In this document: in pieces, positions 39,947 to 51,539 of the stretch
How the letters are laid out: every line of letters starts with the position of its first letter
How positions within the stretch are numbered: position 1 is the stretch's first letter
Assembly: GCA_028718635.1 (NCBI GenBank)
Contig: JAQULK010000001.1
Location: forward strand, 316,692-380,691
Source: Minisyncoccota bacterium
GTDB lineage: Bacteria; Patescibacteriota; Minisyncoccia; Phycocordibacterales; UBA9973
Direction: 5' to 3'
DNA: 64,000 bases
The notes under the pieces: model-generated
The model's database searches: none
What the model saw: the letters and a program-made list of their open reading frames with translations, nothing else
What the model was told of the DNA's origin: nothing
Made by a program: the position numbers and the translations under genes

Positions 39947-40666
39947 TTAATTCACTGGTACGCTAGCTTGCCCTTCCTTATAGGCATCGGCAATTGCAGT
40001 AGTGAAAAATTTAATGGATGGCATGCCCGAGTCATTTGCCACGATAGGGTAGTCAATTCCTTTGATATTTGAATCAGAATTCACCAAAGAGATGACCTTG
40101 ATACCAGACTTTCTGGCTTCTGTGGTTGCGATGTGTTCACTTTTGGCGTCTATTATAAACAACGCGTCTGGAGCTTTCTTTAATCCCAGTAGGCCAGTGT
40201 AATACCTTGCCAATTTTTCCATTTTTTTTGCTATTACCACTCTTTCTTTTTTAGTATATTTATCAAGCCCGCCGCCAATTTTATCCTTCTGATAATTTTC
40301 CAATTCGATAATTTTCTTCTTAATTTCTGTAAAATTAGAGAGAGTGCCACCGATCCATCTTTCCGCAACGTAAGGCATTTTTAACATTTCTGCGATTTCT
40401 TTTGTCGCAACCTTCGCTTCAGGTTTAGTGCCGACAAAAAGCACCACTTTGTTTTTTGCTCCCAAATTTTTCATAAATTCTGTCGCTTGATTTAAAAGTT
40501 CGTTTGTTTTTTCAAGGTCGATTATGTCTCCTTTGTTTTTTGTAGCGTAGATATATCTAGACACGGAAGGATGTCTTCGTGTTTTACTATAACCATAATG
40601 CGCTCCGGCCTTGAACATCTTTTCGATGATTGTATCCGCACCCTTTTTGATTTCCGTTTTTTGCAT
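39947..40666 (-). CDS. rpsB: 30S ribosomal protein S2
   Basis: AGAHYG, VLFVGTK, RWIGGTLSN, IVAND. Confidence 0.96.
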   Translation of the reverse strand: MQKTEIKKGADTIIEKMFKAGAHYGYSKTRRHPSVSRYIYATKNKGDIIDLEKTNELLNQATEFMKNLGAKNKVVLFVGTKPEAKVATKEIAEMLKMPYVAERWIGGTLSNFTEIKKKIIELENYQKDKIGGGLDKYTKKERVVIAKKMEKLARYYTGLLGLKKAPDALFIIDAKSEHIATTEARKSGIKVISLVNSDSNIKGIDYPIVANDSGMPSIKFFTTAIADAYKEGQASVPVN

Positions 40667-40736
40667 AGAGTTAATATAGCAGAAAGAATTGTTTTTTGCA
40701 ACCCGGCCTTATTTTATATATACTTTAACTATATCT

Positions 40737-41422
40737 ATGGAATCAATCAAATAAATAAAAAAGAGCAAGAAAACGAGGCGTTGAGGATTTTAGGAATGGA
40801 AGATATTAATAAAATTTTACAATTGATTATTGATAAAAAAGATCAGATTGATTCCCTGAAGGAATATATTAAGATCAATACGGAAAAATTAGATAAAGTT
40901 ATCACTCCTCCATAAGAGAGTAATAATGGAAAAATGGAAGGGTATGGATTCTTTGAAGCAAAAAAAATGTTTCCAAGGCTTTTAACTCTTTTTTATATTT
41001 TAGAAAATGATTTTGAGATACTACCCCAAAACGTACTAATAAAAGAAGGTATAGTTACAAATCAAATGATGCGCCAAACTCCTTATGTTAGAGTAGAGAT
41101 GCCAGATTTAGAACGGGTAGCCTATATCTGCGATGAAGAAGGCAATGTTAGTTATATTTTTGATACTGCAAAATTTGCAGAAAAAGGCTTAACTTTAGAA
41201 GAACTAGACATAGAAGACAAAGGAGATAAAAATTCTTTAATTGAAAAATATCCGGGGATAGGAGTCAGGATCATCCAAACAAAAAATTGGAGAAATCAAA
41301 TAGAGATCGCCTTACAAGAAGAGATACCAAAAATACAAAAAGAAATAATTAAAACAAATAAAATAGAGCCTAAATCAGAGTTTAAAGAGAGAAGAAATTG
41401 GTTGTCATTCAAAGAAAAATAA
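40737..41422 (+). pseudogene. Probable disrupted hypothetical gene
   Basis: ATG 40737 hits a stop after 5 codons; the ORF ending 40915 continues in the same frame into 40934-41422 across one TAA. Confidence 0.5.
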
Positions 41423-41526
41423 ATAAAATTATTAGGTCTTGCCTTGCAGATTTTCTTAATTGCTTGTTTGTATGGATTTGGGTTGGCATCTTTGCCAAAC
41501 AAGATCCATATGATATAATTCGTATT

Positions 41527-41772
41527 ATGAGTAAATTAAAGTTAAAAAAATTAAAATTTCCAGTTATAATAGAAAAAGATGAATCTGGTTTTTTTGTCGG
41601 TGTCGTACCTTCTTTGAGAAGTTGTTACACACAAGCAAAAACTCTTCCAGAACTTTATAAACGCTTGCAAGAAGTTGTTTCTCTTTCGCTGGAAGTTGAA
41701 AAAAAACTTTTTAAAACAACCATCACAACTAATCAATTTATCGGAGTGCAAAATATGGAATTTGTGAGTTAA
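41527..41772 (+). CDS. hicB: HicB-family antitoxin, short form; start adjusted to ATG 41527
   Basis: FPVIIEKDESGFFVGVVPSLRSCYTQAKT; TTGCCA/TATAAT promoter just upstream. Confidence 0.85.
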   Translation: MSKLKLKKLKFPVIIEKDESGFFVGVVPSLRSCYTQAKTLPELYKRLQEVVSLSLEVEKKLFKTTITTNQFIGVQNMEFVS

Positions 41773-41777
41773 AATTT

Positions 41778-42014
41778 ATGCCTAAGCTAGTTCCTATTTC
41801 TACATCTAAAATTATTAAAATTCTTAAGCGACTTGGTTTTGAAGAAGTTAGAATAAAAGGTAGTCATCATTTTTTTATTCATCCTATCACTAAAAAATCT
41901 ACAACTATTTCTGTTCATTCCAATGAAGTTTTGGGAGTTGGTATTTTAAAAATTATATTGCGAGATATAGACTTGTCTTTGGATGAATATGACAAGTTGA
42001 GATTGCGTATATAA
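41778..42014 (+). CDS. hicA: HicA-family toxin
   Basis: LKRLGF...KGSH...VH...GILKIIL. Confidence 0.9.
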   Translation: MPKLVPISTSKIIKILKRLGFEEVRIKGSHHFFIHPITKKSTTISVHSNEVLGVGILKIILRDIDLSLDEYDKLRLRI

Positions 42015-42067
42015 ATATAAAACTTTTCTTTGCCAAAAGGACTTTTTTCGGGTAAGATGAGCCTAAT

Positions 42068-43342
42068 ATGAGACAATCTAAACTTTTTACAAAAACAAGA
42101 AAAGAGGCGCCAGCGGACGAGACATCAAAAAACGCTGAGCTCTTAACCCGTGGTGGTTTTATACATAAAGAGATGGCGGGGGTTTACACTTTTTTACCTT
42201 TAGGGTTGCGGGTTTTAAAAAAAATTGAAAACATTATCAGAGAAGAAATGAACGCAATTGGTGGAACCGAGATGAGAACCTCTGTGTTTCAAAATAAGGA
42301 AGTATGGGAAAAATCCAACAGATGGGATGACGAGGTTGTAGATAATTGGTTTAAAACAAAATTAAAAAATGGAGGAGAAGTTGGTCTTTCTTTTACAAAT
42401 GAAGAAGCTTATTCAAATATTTTAAAACAATATGTAAGTTCATACAAAGATTTGCCGCTTTATTTATATGATTTTAAGAATATTTTTAGAAATGAAACAA
42501 GAAGCAAATCTGGAATTATGCGAGGTAGGGAATTTTATTGGAAGGCATTATATTCATTCTCAAAAAATGACGAAGAACATAATATTTTTTATGAAAAAGC
42601 TAAAGCAGCTTACAAAAATATTTTCAAAAGAGTCGGGATCGGTCATTTGACCTACATGACTTTTGCCTCCGGGGGAAGTTTTTCAAAATTTTCTCATGAA
42701 TTTCAAACGATAACTTCTGTCGGGGAAGATACCATTTATTTAGATGAAAATTCAGGCATTGCTATAAATAAAGAAGTTTATAATGATGAAATTGTAAAAG
42801 AGCTAAAGCTGAAAAAAGAAAATTTAGTTGAAAAAAGAGCGGTAGAAGTGGGAAACATTTTTTCACTTGGGACAAAGTTTTCAGCTCCTTTTGATTTAAA
42901 ATATAAAAATGAAAATGGAGAAGATAAATTAGTAGTGATGGGTAGTTATGGTATTGGTCTGGGACGTTTAATGGGTACGGTAGTAGAAACTCTTTCGGAC
43001 GACAGAGGTATAATTTGGCCGGAATCTATCGCGCCATTTAAATTACATCTTCTTGTTTTAGGTGAAGATAAAATAGTTTTAAAAGAAGCAGAAAAGATTT
43101 ATCAGAGTTTAATAAAAGCTGATATTGCAGTTTTGTTCGATGATCGCGCGGGCTTGTCGGCTGGAGAAAAATTTTCTGATGCGGATTTGCTTGGCATGCC
43201 TTACCGTGCGGTTATCTCGGCAAGGAGTATGAAAGACTTATCTTCTGGGGGTATAGAATTGAAAAAACGCACAGAAGAAAAAGGGAAAATGGTAACTTTG
43301 GAAGAATTAATAAAAACATGTTCGACAAATTTTACAAATTAA
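42068..43342 (+). CDS. proS: Proline-tRNA ligase, short form without the editing domain
   Basis: MRQSKLF, FRNE, RGREF, EVGNIF, MGSYGIGLGR. Confidence 0.94.
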   Translation: MRQSKLFTKTRKEAPADETSKNAELLTRGGFIHKEMAGVYTFLPLGLRVLKKIENIIREEMNAIGGTEMRTSVFQNKEVWEKSNRWDDEVVDNWFKTKLKNGGEVGLSFTNEEAYSNILKQYVSSYKDLPLYLYDFKNIFRNETRSKSGIMRGREFYWKALYSFSKNDEEHNIFYEKAKAAYKNIFKRVGIGHLTYMTFASGGSFSKFSHEFQTITSVGEDTIYLDENSGIAINKEVYNDEIVKELKLKKENLVEKRAVEVGNIFSLGTKFSAPFDLKYKNENGEDKLVVMGSYGIGLGRLMGTVVETLSDDRGIIWPESIAPFKLHLLVLGEDKIVLKEAEKIYQSLIKADIAVLFDDRAGLSAGEKFSDADLLGMPYRAVISARSMKDLSSGGIELKKRTEEKGKMVTLEELIKTCSTNFTN

Positions 43343-44364
43343 TTTCTAATGACATCGGAATAGACTTGGGGACATCTAATACCTTGGTATATTTGAAAGG
43401 TCATGGGATTGTAATAAATGAGCCGTCTGTCGTGGCTGTAAACATCAAGACGAATCAAATTTTGGCAGTGGGAATGCAAGCGAAAGAAATGCTTGGACGC
43501 ACTCCGGGGCACATAAAAGCTATCCGCCCGCTAGTGGATGGCGTTATCTCTGATTTCGAAGTTACCGAAGAAATGCTTTCTTATTTGATAAACAAAGCGG
43601 ATAAAATGTCTAAAAAATTTGCCCGACCGAGAGTTCTCGTCGGAGTGCCGTCCTGCACGACGAATGTGGAAACTCGGGCTGTGTATGATGCTGCCAGGAG
43701 CGCTGGGGCCAGGGAAGTTTTCTTGGTAGAAGAGCCGATGGCGGCGGCTATTGGAATAAGGCTCCCAATTAAAGACCCTGTAGGCTCGATGATCATAGAT
43801 ATCGGCGGAGGCACGACGGATATTGCTGTCATTTCTCTGGGAGGAATCGTAAAATCAAAAAATTTAAAAATAGCCGGCGATAGATTGAATAATGACATCA
43901 TCTCTTATATGCGGGATGAGTTTAAAATTTTGATTGGGGAGCGAACTGCGGAAATGGTAAAAATAGCCATTGGTTCGGTGATTCCCGGAGAATATATGGA
44001 AACAGAAGTTCATGGACGGGATCTTTTAACCGGGCTTCCGCGTGAAGTGGTAGTCACAGATTCGGATATTCGCGAAGCAATTTCTTTGTCCATCAAAGGT
44101 TTGATAGATGGCGTGAAGGATATGTTGGAATCAGCTCCACCGGAGATTTTATCTGACATAATGCATCGCGGAATTACCTTATCTGGCGGGGGGGCTTTAC
44201 TTCACGGACTCGGAGAACTTTTACAAAAAGTTCTTAAAATTCCGGTTTATGTTGTGGAAGATCCGCTTTCAGCTGTAGCCCGCGGAACCGGAGTAATTTT
44301 TGACGACGTCCCGCTTTATAAAGATGTTTTGATTAGAAATCAAGATGAGCTACCTCCTAGATAA
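43318..44364 (+). CDS. mreB: Rod shape-determining protein MreB
   Basis: GIDLGTSNT, EEPMAAAIG, DIGGGTTD. Confidence 0.97.
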   Translation: MFDKFYKLISNDIGIDLGTSNTLVYLKGHGIVINEPSVVAVNIKTNQILAVGMQAKEMLGRTPGHIKAIRPLVDGVISDFEVTEEMLSYLINKADKMSKKFARPRVLVGVPSCTTNVETRAVYDAARSAGAREVFLVEEPMAAAIGIRLPIKDPVGSMIIDIGGGTTDIAVISLGGIVKSKNLKIAGDRLNNDIISYMRDEFKILIGERTAEMVKIAIGSVIPGEYMETEVHGRDLLTGLPREVVVTDSDIREAISLSIKGLIDGVKDMLESAPPEILSDIMHRGITLSGGGALLHGLGELLQKVLKIPVYVVEDPLSAVARGTGVIFDDVPLYKDVLIRNQDELPPR

Positions 44365-45136
44365 AAAAATAAAAAGAAATAAGATTTTTAAAATTACGTT
44401 GGGCGTTGTTGTTCTGATTATTTTATTCTATTTTAGATTAAATATTTTTAATGGGCTTTCTTTTGTCGGTCAAGTTTTTTTTCGTCCCATTTTAGTTGTG
44501 GGGCAGAATATAGGCCAAAAATTTAATAATATCGGTTCATATTTTGTTTCAAAAAATTCTCTTTCTTTAGAAAATCAAAATCTTAAAGATCAAATATCGG
44601 CAAGTGCAGCTGACAGAGCCAACTATGATTCTGTCGTAGCAGAGAATGTAAGCCTCAAAGAGACCTTGGGAAGAAAAGATCCGAAAGTAAATATAGTTCT
44701 CTCTGCTATTTTAGCTAAACCCAATCAAAGTCTTTACGACACGCTTCTCATCGACGCAGGCACGGCGCAAGGCATAAAAACAGGAGACATAGTTTTTGCT
44801 TTAGGGAATATACCTATAGGGCGCGTGGATTTAGTTTATGATAATTCCTCTAAGATTATCTTATTTTCAAACCCAGGGGAAAAAACACAGGCAGTTGTTT
44901 CTAGTAAAAACATTTTTATGGAATTAGTTGGACGAGGCGGAGGAAATTTTGAAATGATTTTGCCGAGAGATTTTGTTTTACAAAAAGGAGATCAAATCGT
45001 AATGCCTGGCATTACTCCGAATGTTTTAGCTATCGCGCAAACAATAATTTCCGATCCTCGAGATCCTTTTATAAAAGCATTGCTCGTGAGCCCAGTGAAT
45101 GTACAGGAACTTAAATTTGTGGAAGTGGAGATTTAA
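44345..45136 (+). CDS. mreC: Rod shape-determining protein MreC
   Basis: TM, coiled coil, IDAG...GI..GD; follows mreB. Confidence 0.88.
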   Translation: MSYLLDKKIKRNKIFKITLGVVVLIILFYFRLNIFNGLSFVGQVFFRPILVVGQNIGQKFNNIGSYFVSKNSLSLENQNLKDQISASAADRANYDSVVAENVSLKETLGRKDPKVNIVLSAILAKPNQSLYDTLLIDAGTAQGIKTGDIVFALGNIPIGRVDLVYDNSSKIILFSNPGEKTQAVVSSKNIFMELVGRGGGNFEMILPRDFVLQKGDQIVMPGITPNVLAIAQTIISDPRDPFIKALLVSPVNVQELKFVEVEI

Positions 45137-46598
<1,462 letters not shown>

Positions 46599-46607
46599 TT
46601 CCTTTTT

Positions 46608-47948
46608 TTATTTCTTTAGTTTCGTTTCTTTTAGATCTTTCGCTGTGTCCTTTGCGGTGTCTTTGGTATCTTTTGGCGTTTGATGATGGAGCGATTTATG
46701 TTCGTCGGTATTTAAAATTCCACAGTCTTTGAATTTCTTGCCACTGCCACAGGAACAAGGTTCATCTGAGGTGCATTTATTTATCGATACAATTTTTGTT
46801 GGCTTGAACCCATTGAAGAAAGAGGAAGAAGCGGTGGTATAAGCGCCGATGTTTTCAGCATAAAGCAAATCATCAATTTCTAAATCCTCCGGCAATTCAT
46901 CTGATAGGGAAATAGTGTCGAAAGCATCACAAGTCGGACCAAAAGTAGCGCAAACTTTGTTTTCTCCATCTTTGAAAGAATGAAGAGGATATCTTTGGTG
47001 ATCGTAAACTTGTCCAGAAAAAGTATTGTAAACTCCGTCATCTAAATAATAGCAAGTTTTTCCATCTCGAATAGATTTACCGATAATTTTTGTCACTAAA
47101 GTACAAGTGTTTGCCACCATAAATCTTCCTGGTTCGGCGATGACATCGACATCCCCATTGAACATTCTTTTGATTTCTGAGTTAATTTTTCTAGCCAACA
47201 TTGGAAAAGGTTTCACGTCCGGAGTATATTTCACAGGGAAACCGCCTCCGATATCCAAGACTTTCATTTTTTTACCGTCTTTGTCTATAAAACCTATATC
47301 CAGCCCTCTTAACTTTGCTTCTTTAAAAATAGAAGAAGATAAAGAAAGGGCTAAAACATAATTTTCAAAATTATTGCATTGGCTGCCCACATGAAAGCTG
47401 ATACCTTCCACTCCTAGTCCCATACCGATAGCTTCCGCCATCAAGTCGACTGCTTCTCCTGGATGAACTCCGAATTTACTGGAAAGCTCTACCATAGATC
47501 CAGTGTTCGGCACGCGAATGCGCAACACCAGACGCACGTCTGGTGCATTTTTCTTTATTTTCTTTAACTCTTCAATGTTGTCAAAAGTGACCAAAGGTTT
47601 GTAAATATTCAACTTTCTTAAAATGGAAGCTGGTTTGATAGTATTGGCATAAATTATATTATCCCAGATATATTGCTGTCTTTCTTTTTCAGGCAAATGC
47701 TTAATATTGTTATAAACTTTCATAAATTCTTGGAAGGAGGCCACATCAAAACTAGCTCCCATGTCATACATGGTTTTTATGATATCAGTATCAGAATTGG
47801 ATTTGACTGCAAAATACGCCTGGACTGTCGGTAACTTTTCTTTAAATTCTAAATAATTTTGTCGCAGTTTTTCATGGTCCACCACCAAAAGAGGGGTGCC
47901 GTGTTTTGCGGCGAGCTCAAGCAATTGTTTTTTTTGTTGGGTGTTCAT
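46608..47948 (-). CDS. Type III PLP (alanine racemase fold) ornithine/lysine decarboxylase with a C-terminal SEC-C motif
   Basis: YFAVKSN, FDVAS, SKFG, SFHVGSQ, DIGGGFP, EPGR, GPTCD, GAYT; PCSCGSGKKFKDC. Confidence 0.9.
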   Translation of the reverse strand: MNTQQKKQLLELAAKHGTPLLVVDHEKLRQNYLEFKEKLPTVQAYFAVKSNSDTDIIKTMYDMGASFDVASFQEFMKVYNNIKHLPEKERQQYIWDNIIYANTIKPASILRKLNIYKPLVTFDNIEELKKIKKNAPDVRLVLRIRVPNTGSMVELSSKFGVHPGEAVDLMAEAIGMGLGVEGISFHVGSQCNNFENYVLALSLSSSIFKEAKLRGLDIGFIDKDGKKMKVLDIGGGFPVKYTPDVKPFPMLARKINSEIKRMFNGDVDVIAEPGRFMVANTCTLVTKIIGKSIRDGKTCYYLDDGVYNTFSGQVYDHQRYPLHSFKDGENKVCATFGPTCDAFDTISLSDELPEDLEIDDLLYAENIGAYTTASSSFFNGFKPTKIVSINKCTSDEPCSCGSGKKFKDCGILNTDEHKSLHHQTPKDTKDTAKDTAKDLKETKLKK

Positions 47949-48069
47949 CCCGTTAGAAGCAGGTCGCGGTCATTGCGCCGTAACTATGCTTGATTATGTT
48001 TATAAATTTTATATGTTTCATTTTTTATATATTTTTATTTTAAACTGCGACCGCGGCTTCTAACGGGAT
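47947..48069 (-). repeat. Family A element, copy 3, ending at the decarboxylase ATG
   Basis: Minus strand ATCCCGTTAGAAGCCGCGGTC...GACCGCGACCTGCTTCTAACGGG-ATG. Confidence 0.9.
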
Positions 48070-48124
48070 AAATAATTTGTTTATTGTAAGGTAATTAGAA
48101 ACAATGTCAAGCAAATACAAAATA

Positions 48125-49213
48125 TTATTTTATATAATTTTTCTTTACAAGGAGTTCTGCATTTAAAATTCCTCCACCGGCGGCACCGCGGACAGTATTG
48201 TGGCTCAAGGCTACGAATTTATAATCAAAAATTTTACATTTTCTTAGACGGCCGACAGTCACAGCCATACCTTTGTCGTTATCTCTGTCCTTTCTTGGTT
48301 GGGGACGATTTTCTTCCTCTTGGTAAATAATGGGACAAGCAGGAGCGAAAGGGAGTTTAAGCTCTTGGGGTATCCCTTTAAAATTTTTCCAGATTTCTAT
48401 AATTTTTTCTTTTGTCGGTATTTTGTTTTTAAATAAAATATTAACGCAAGCTAAATGCCCGTCTGTTACAGGAACTCTAGTGCATTGCGCAGAAATTTCA
48501 ATATCTTTTTTCTTGATAAATTTTCCATTTTTAAGACTGCCTAAAATTTTTAAAGGCTCTTCTTCCGTTTTTTCTTCTTCACCTCCGATGTAAGGGATGA
48601 CATTGTCGATCATATCCAAGCTTGGTACTCCGGGATAACCAGCTCCGGAAACAGCTTGAAGCGTAGTAATAAATATTTTTTTAATGGGATAGCCGGCTTT
48701 TTCTAAAGCAAAAATAGGGGTGATGTAACTTTGTAAACTGCAATTCGGTTTGACCACAATAAAACCCTTGTTCCACTTATGATTTTTCTTTTGTTGTTCA
48801 ATCATTCCTAAGTGTTCAGGATTAATTTCTGGAATAATCATAGGAACATCTTCAGTATGGCGATTAGCGGAAGCATTAGATACAACAGGGATCCCTGCTT
48901 CAGCATATTTTTCTTCTATTGTTTTAATCATTTCTTTGTCTTTAATTTCAAATGCTGAAAAAACAAAGTCGCATTTTTTCTTTGCTTTTTCTACATCAAG
49001 CACGTCTTCCACCATAATATTTTCTATATTTTTAGGAATTAGAGAATTCATTTGCCAGCGTCCAGAAACAGCCGTAGCATATTTTTTGCCAGCTGAATTA
49101 ACTGAGGCAGCCAAATATACAACTTCAAACCAGGGGTGGTTTTCCAAAAGACGAATATAATTTTGACCCACCATGCCAGTAGCACCCAAGATTCCAACTT
49201 TGAATTTTTTCAT
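48125..49213 (-). CDS. asd: Aspartate-semialdehyde dehydrogenase
   Basis: GATGMVGQ, PEIN, PNCS, QAVSGAG, RVPVTDGH, HNTVRGAAG. Confidence 0.96.
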   Translation of the reverse strand: MKKFKVGILGATGMVGQNYIRLLENHPWFEVVYLAASVNSAGKKYATAVSGRWQMNSLIPKNIENIMVEDVLDVEKAKKKCDFVFSAFEIKDKEMIKTIEEKYAEAGIPVVSNASANRHTEDVPMIIPEINPEHLGMIEQQKKNHKWNKGFIVVKPNCSLQSYITPIFALEKAGYPIKKIFITTLQAVSGAGYPGVPSLDMIDNVIPYIGGEEEKTEEEPLKILGSLKNGKFIKKKDIEISAQCTRVPVTDGHLACVNILFKNKIPTKEKIIEIWKNFKGIPQELKLPFAPACPIIYQEEENRPQPRKDRDNDKGMAVTVGRLRKCKIFDYKFVALSHNTVRGAAGGGILNAELLVKKNYIK

Positions 49214-49331
49214 CCCGTTAGAAGCAGGTCGCGGTCATTACACCGTAACTATGCTTGATTATATTTATAAATTTTTTTATATTTCATTTTTATATTTTTG
49301 TTTTAAACTGCGACCGCGGCTTCTAACGGGA
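49213..49331 (-). repeat. Family A element, copy 4, ending at the asd ATG
   Basis: Closely similar to copy 3, including the core. Confidence 0.9.
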
Positions 49332-49355
49332 GTCATAAAATGATTATACATCGTT

Positions 49356-49466
49356 AATTACGGAACACAAACTTTTTTTCGGTACGGATTTTTTGAAGCT
49401 TAAAAAATCCTGAAGTTGGCTCGCCGTCGCTCGCCAAACCCCTACAAAAAGTTATGTTCCGTAATT
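49356..49466. repeat. Family C element, copy 2
   Basis: AATTACGGAAC...GTTCCGTAATT ends, same core as 3395. Confidence 0.9.
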
Positions 49467-50359
49467 TATAGACTTTTACTAACTTTTGTTTTTAATTTGG
49501 GATTAGCGATGAAAGTTATTTCAAGCGGGGTATTGGATAATTTAACGTATTGAATCGCTTTGCCGTGAATTATTTTTCCAGCCATTTCAGCTTCTTTATA
49601 GCTAATGACAGGGAGAGTTTTTGCTTCCGGAACAATTTTAGGATCAGCCGAAAAAACTCCGCCGACATCTTTCCAGAGAATCACTTTTTCTGCTCTCAGG
49701 GCAGAGCCGACGAAACAAGCCGTAGTGTCCGTGCCACCTCGCCCGAGGGTAGTGGTTTTGCCTTTTTTGGTTCTGCCAGTAAAACCGGGGATAACTGGGA
49801 TTTCTTTTAAGGTGTTTGTTTTATTTTGAATTTTTTTCTGGAGATTTTTTTGGGAAATTTCATAAATGATATTAGCATTTTTAAAATTATCGTCGGTGAT
49901 AATAGGGATTTCTTCCGCTAGAAATCTTTGAGCTGGCAAGCCAAGCATCTCTAGGTAAAAAGTAAAAATCGTCGCTGATAATTTCTCTCCATACGCGACG
50001 ATTTTGTCTTCGTTCGCAAGAACAGTTCTTGCGAGTTTTAAATCTTTTTCTAAATCAGTAAATATTTTATTTAATTCTATTTGAGTCTTTTTTATCCATT
50101 CTTTACTGAAACCCATTTCTATCATTTTTTGTAGATTTTTTTCCTTGAATTGTTTTAAAAAAGTTTTATCAGAAATTTTTAAAAGTTCGTCCGTGACTCC
50201 AGGAAAAGCCGAAATCACGACGACAGGACTAAAGCCGTCTTTTATTTGTTCCTGCAACCTTTCTACCATCAAAGGAATAAAATCTTTTATCAAAATTCCT
50301 CCTCCGAATTTATTTACGATGATTTTTTTAGGGGATGAGTCCTTTTTCCGTGTTTTCAT
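49466..50359 (-). CDS. lysC: Aspartokinase, catalytic domain only; start adjusted to ATG 50359
   Basis: KFGG, VVISA, GEKLS, PGF, TLGRGGTDTTA, DVGGVFSADPK; no ACT domains. Confidence 0.88.
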   Translation of the reverse strand: MKTRKKDSSPKKIIVNKFGGGILIKDFIPLMVERLQEQIKDGFSPVVVISAFPGVTDELLKISDKTFLKQFKEKNLQKMIEMGFSKEWIKKTQIELNKIFTDLEKDLKLARTVLANEDKIVAYGEKLSATIFTFYLEMLGLPAQRFLAEEIPIITDDNFKNANIIYEISQKNLQKKIQNKTNTLKEIPVIPGFTGRTKKGKTTTLGRGGTDTTACFVGSALRAEKVILWKDVGGVFSADPKIVPEAKTLPVISYKEAEMAGKIIHGKAIQYVKLSNTPLEITFIANPKLKTKVSKSL

Positions 50360-50557
50360 TTCTGTTGTTAGCATATAGTATGCTAAAGCATGTATATCTG
50401 TCAATAAAAAGTTGAATGTACCTATATTTTCCTTGACTTTTAGTCTTAAGTGTGTTATCTATAAGATAGTTAATTCGTTGAAAAATATATCCTATAAATT
50501 TTATTCATCATTGATGAATGAGTTTAAGGAATAAGATATAGAAAATTAGGAGGGTTT

Positions 50558-51367
50558 ATGAAAAGTAAAAGGATTTCCTATTTAACCAACATAAGCAACG
50601 GCTGGTTCTTAGAGGATGAGTATCTGATTGGGTTACTTCGTGGTATCGGTTACGAAGTAAAAATATGCCATCCTCTGCATCCGGATTACGACACGGATGC
50701 GTTCGTAATTAGAAACGTCTGGCCTTCTCCTTCAGAATACAGGGAGGAGTGGGAGAAAGTTAAAAAGAGAATTGTCGAATCCGGCATCCCGTCGTATAAT
50801 CCTTTGACGGGGAAAGGAGATAATGCCGGCAAAAATTATCTTGTCGAGTTGTACCTGGATGGATATCCAGTCATTCCCTCCATCGACATGGTGGAGTATT
50901 TGGATATCCTCCCTGAACCTGAGACTGGGTTGTATTACATCAAGCCGAAAATCGGCTGTGATGGCTCAGGGGCATGGAAAAGTACTTGCCCATGGCAAAC
51001 AGGGAAGTTGGTTGATGATTCTATAATTCAGCCCTTTCTTAAATTTGTCTCAGAGCCGTCGTTTTTCTTTCTTGACGGCAAGTTCCTTTACGCGATCGAC
51101 ATGCCCAATAGGATTGCGGACACTGATATAGAACTGTACAAGCCGACCCTAAAAGAGTTGTTTTGGGCGGCTCAGTTTGTTCAGTGGAACAATTTATCTT
51201 ACGGTATTCAACGTATCGATGCCGTGAGGACAAAAAGTGGTGAGCTTCTGCTCACCGAAGTAGAAGATATCGAAGAATTTTTGTATCTCTTCAACCTCCC
51301 TCAGAAAAAGAGGGAAGAGATTGCGAACGCACTTCTGCGCTCGATAATTAAGAATTGTTGTCTTTAG
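50558..51367 (+). CDS. ATP-grasp (RimK/GshB-like) ligase
   Basis: Strong SD AGGAGG; IKPKIG, IIQPF, RIDAV, LLLTEVE. Confidence 0.7.
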   Translation: MKSKRISYLTNISNGWFLEDEYLIGLLRGIGYEVKICHPLHPDYDTDAFVIRNVWPSPSEYREEWEKVKKRIVESGIPSYNPLTGKGDNAGKNYLVELYLDGYPVIPSIDMVEYLDILPEPETGLYYIKPKIGCDGSGAWKSTCPWQTGKLVDDSIIQPFLKFVSEPSFFFLDGKFLYAIDMPNRIADTDIELYKPTLKELFWAAQFVQWNNLSYGIQRIDAVRTKSGELLLTEVEDIEEFLYLFNLPQKKREEIANALLRSIIKNCCL

Positions 51368-51416
51368 TACCCCACACTTGTGTGTGGATGGTGCAGAGCA
51401 ACGTATCATTCACACG

Positions 51417-51456
51417 CAAGTGAGCAGTAGGATTTTTCCACGCTCACTTGTTTTTA
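51417..51456 (+). terminator. Probable intrinsic terminator
   Basis: CAAGTGAGC...GCTCACTTG then a T tract. Confidence 0.55.
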
Positions 51457-51539
51457 TTTTAGGTACAATTTTTATTGACATTAGGGTACTAAGTAGTAAA
51501 CTATTCTTATTATTATTTTATAATTTTTTTTTAAAAAAT

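Noticed and set aside
51369-51387. ACCCCACAC-TTGT-GTGTGG as a family B copy
   Set aside because: Too short and lacks a full partner terminus
51378-51539. N-terminal extensions in the ORF track (also thrS, rnc, rnr, trmD, hicB, lysC)
   Set aside because: They overlap promoters or hairpins; downstream starts match family N-termini
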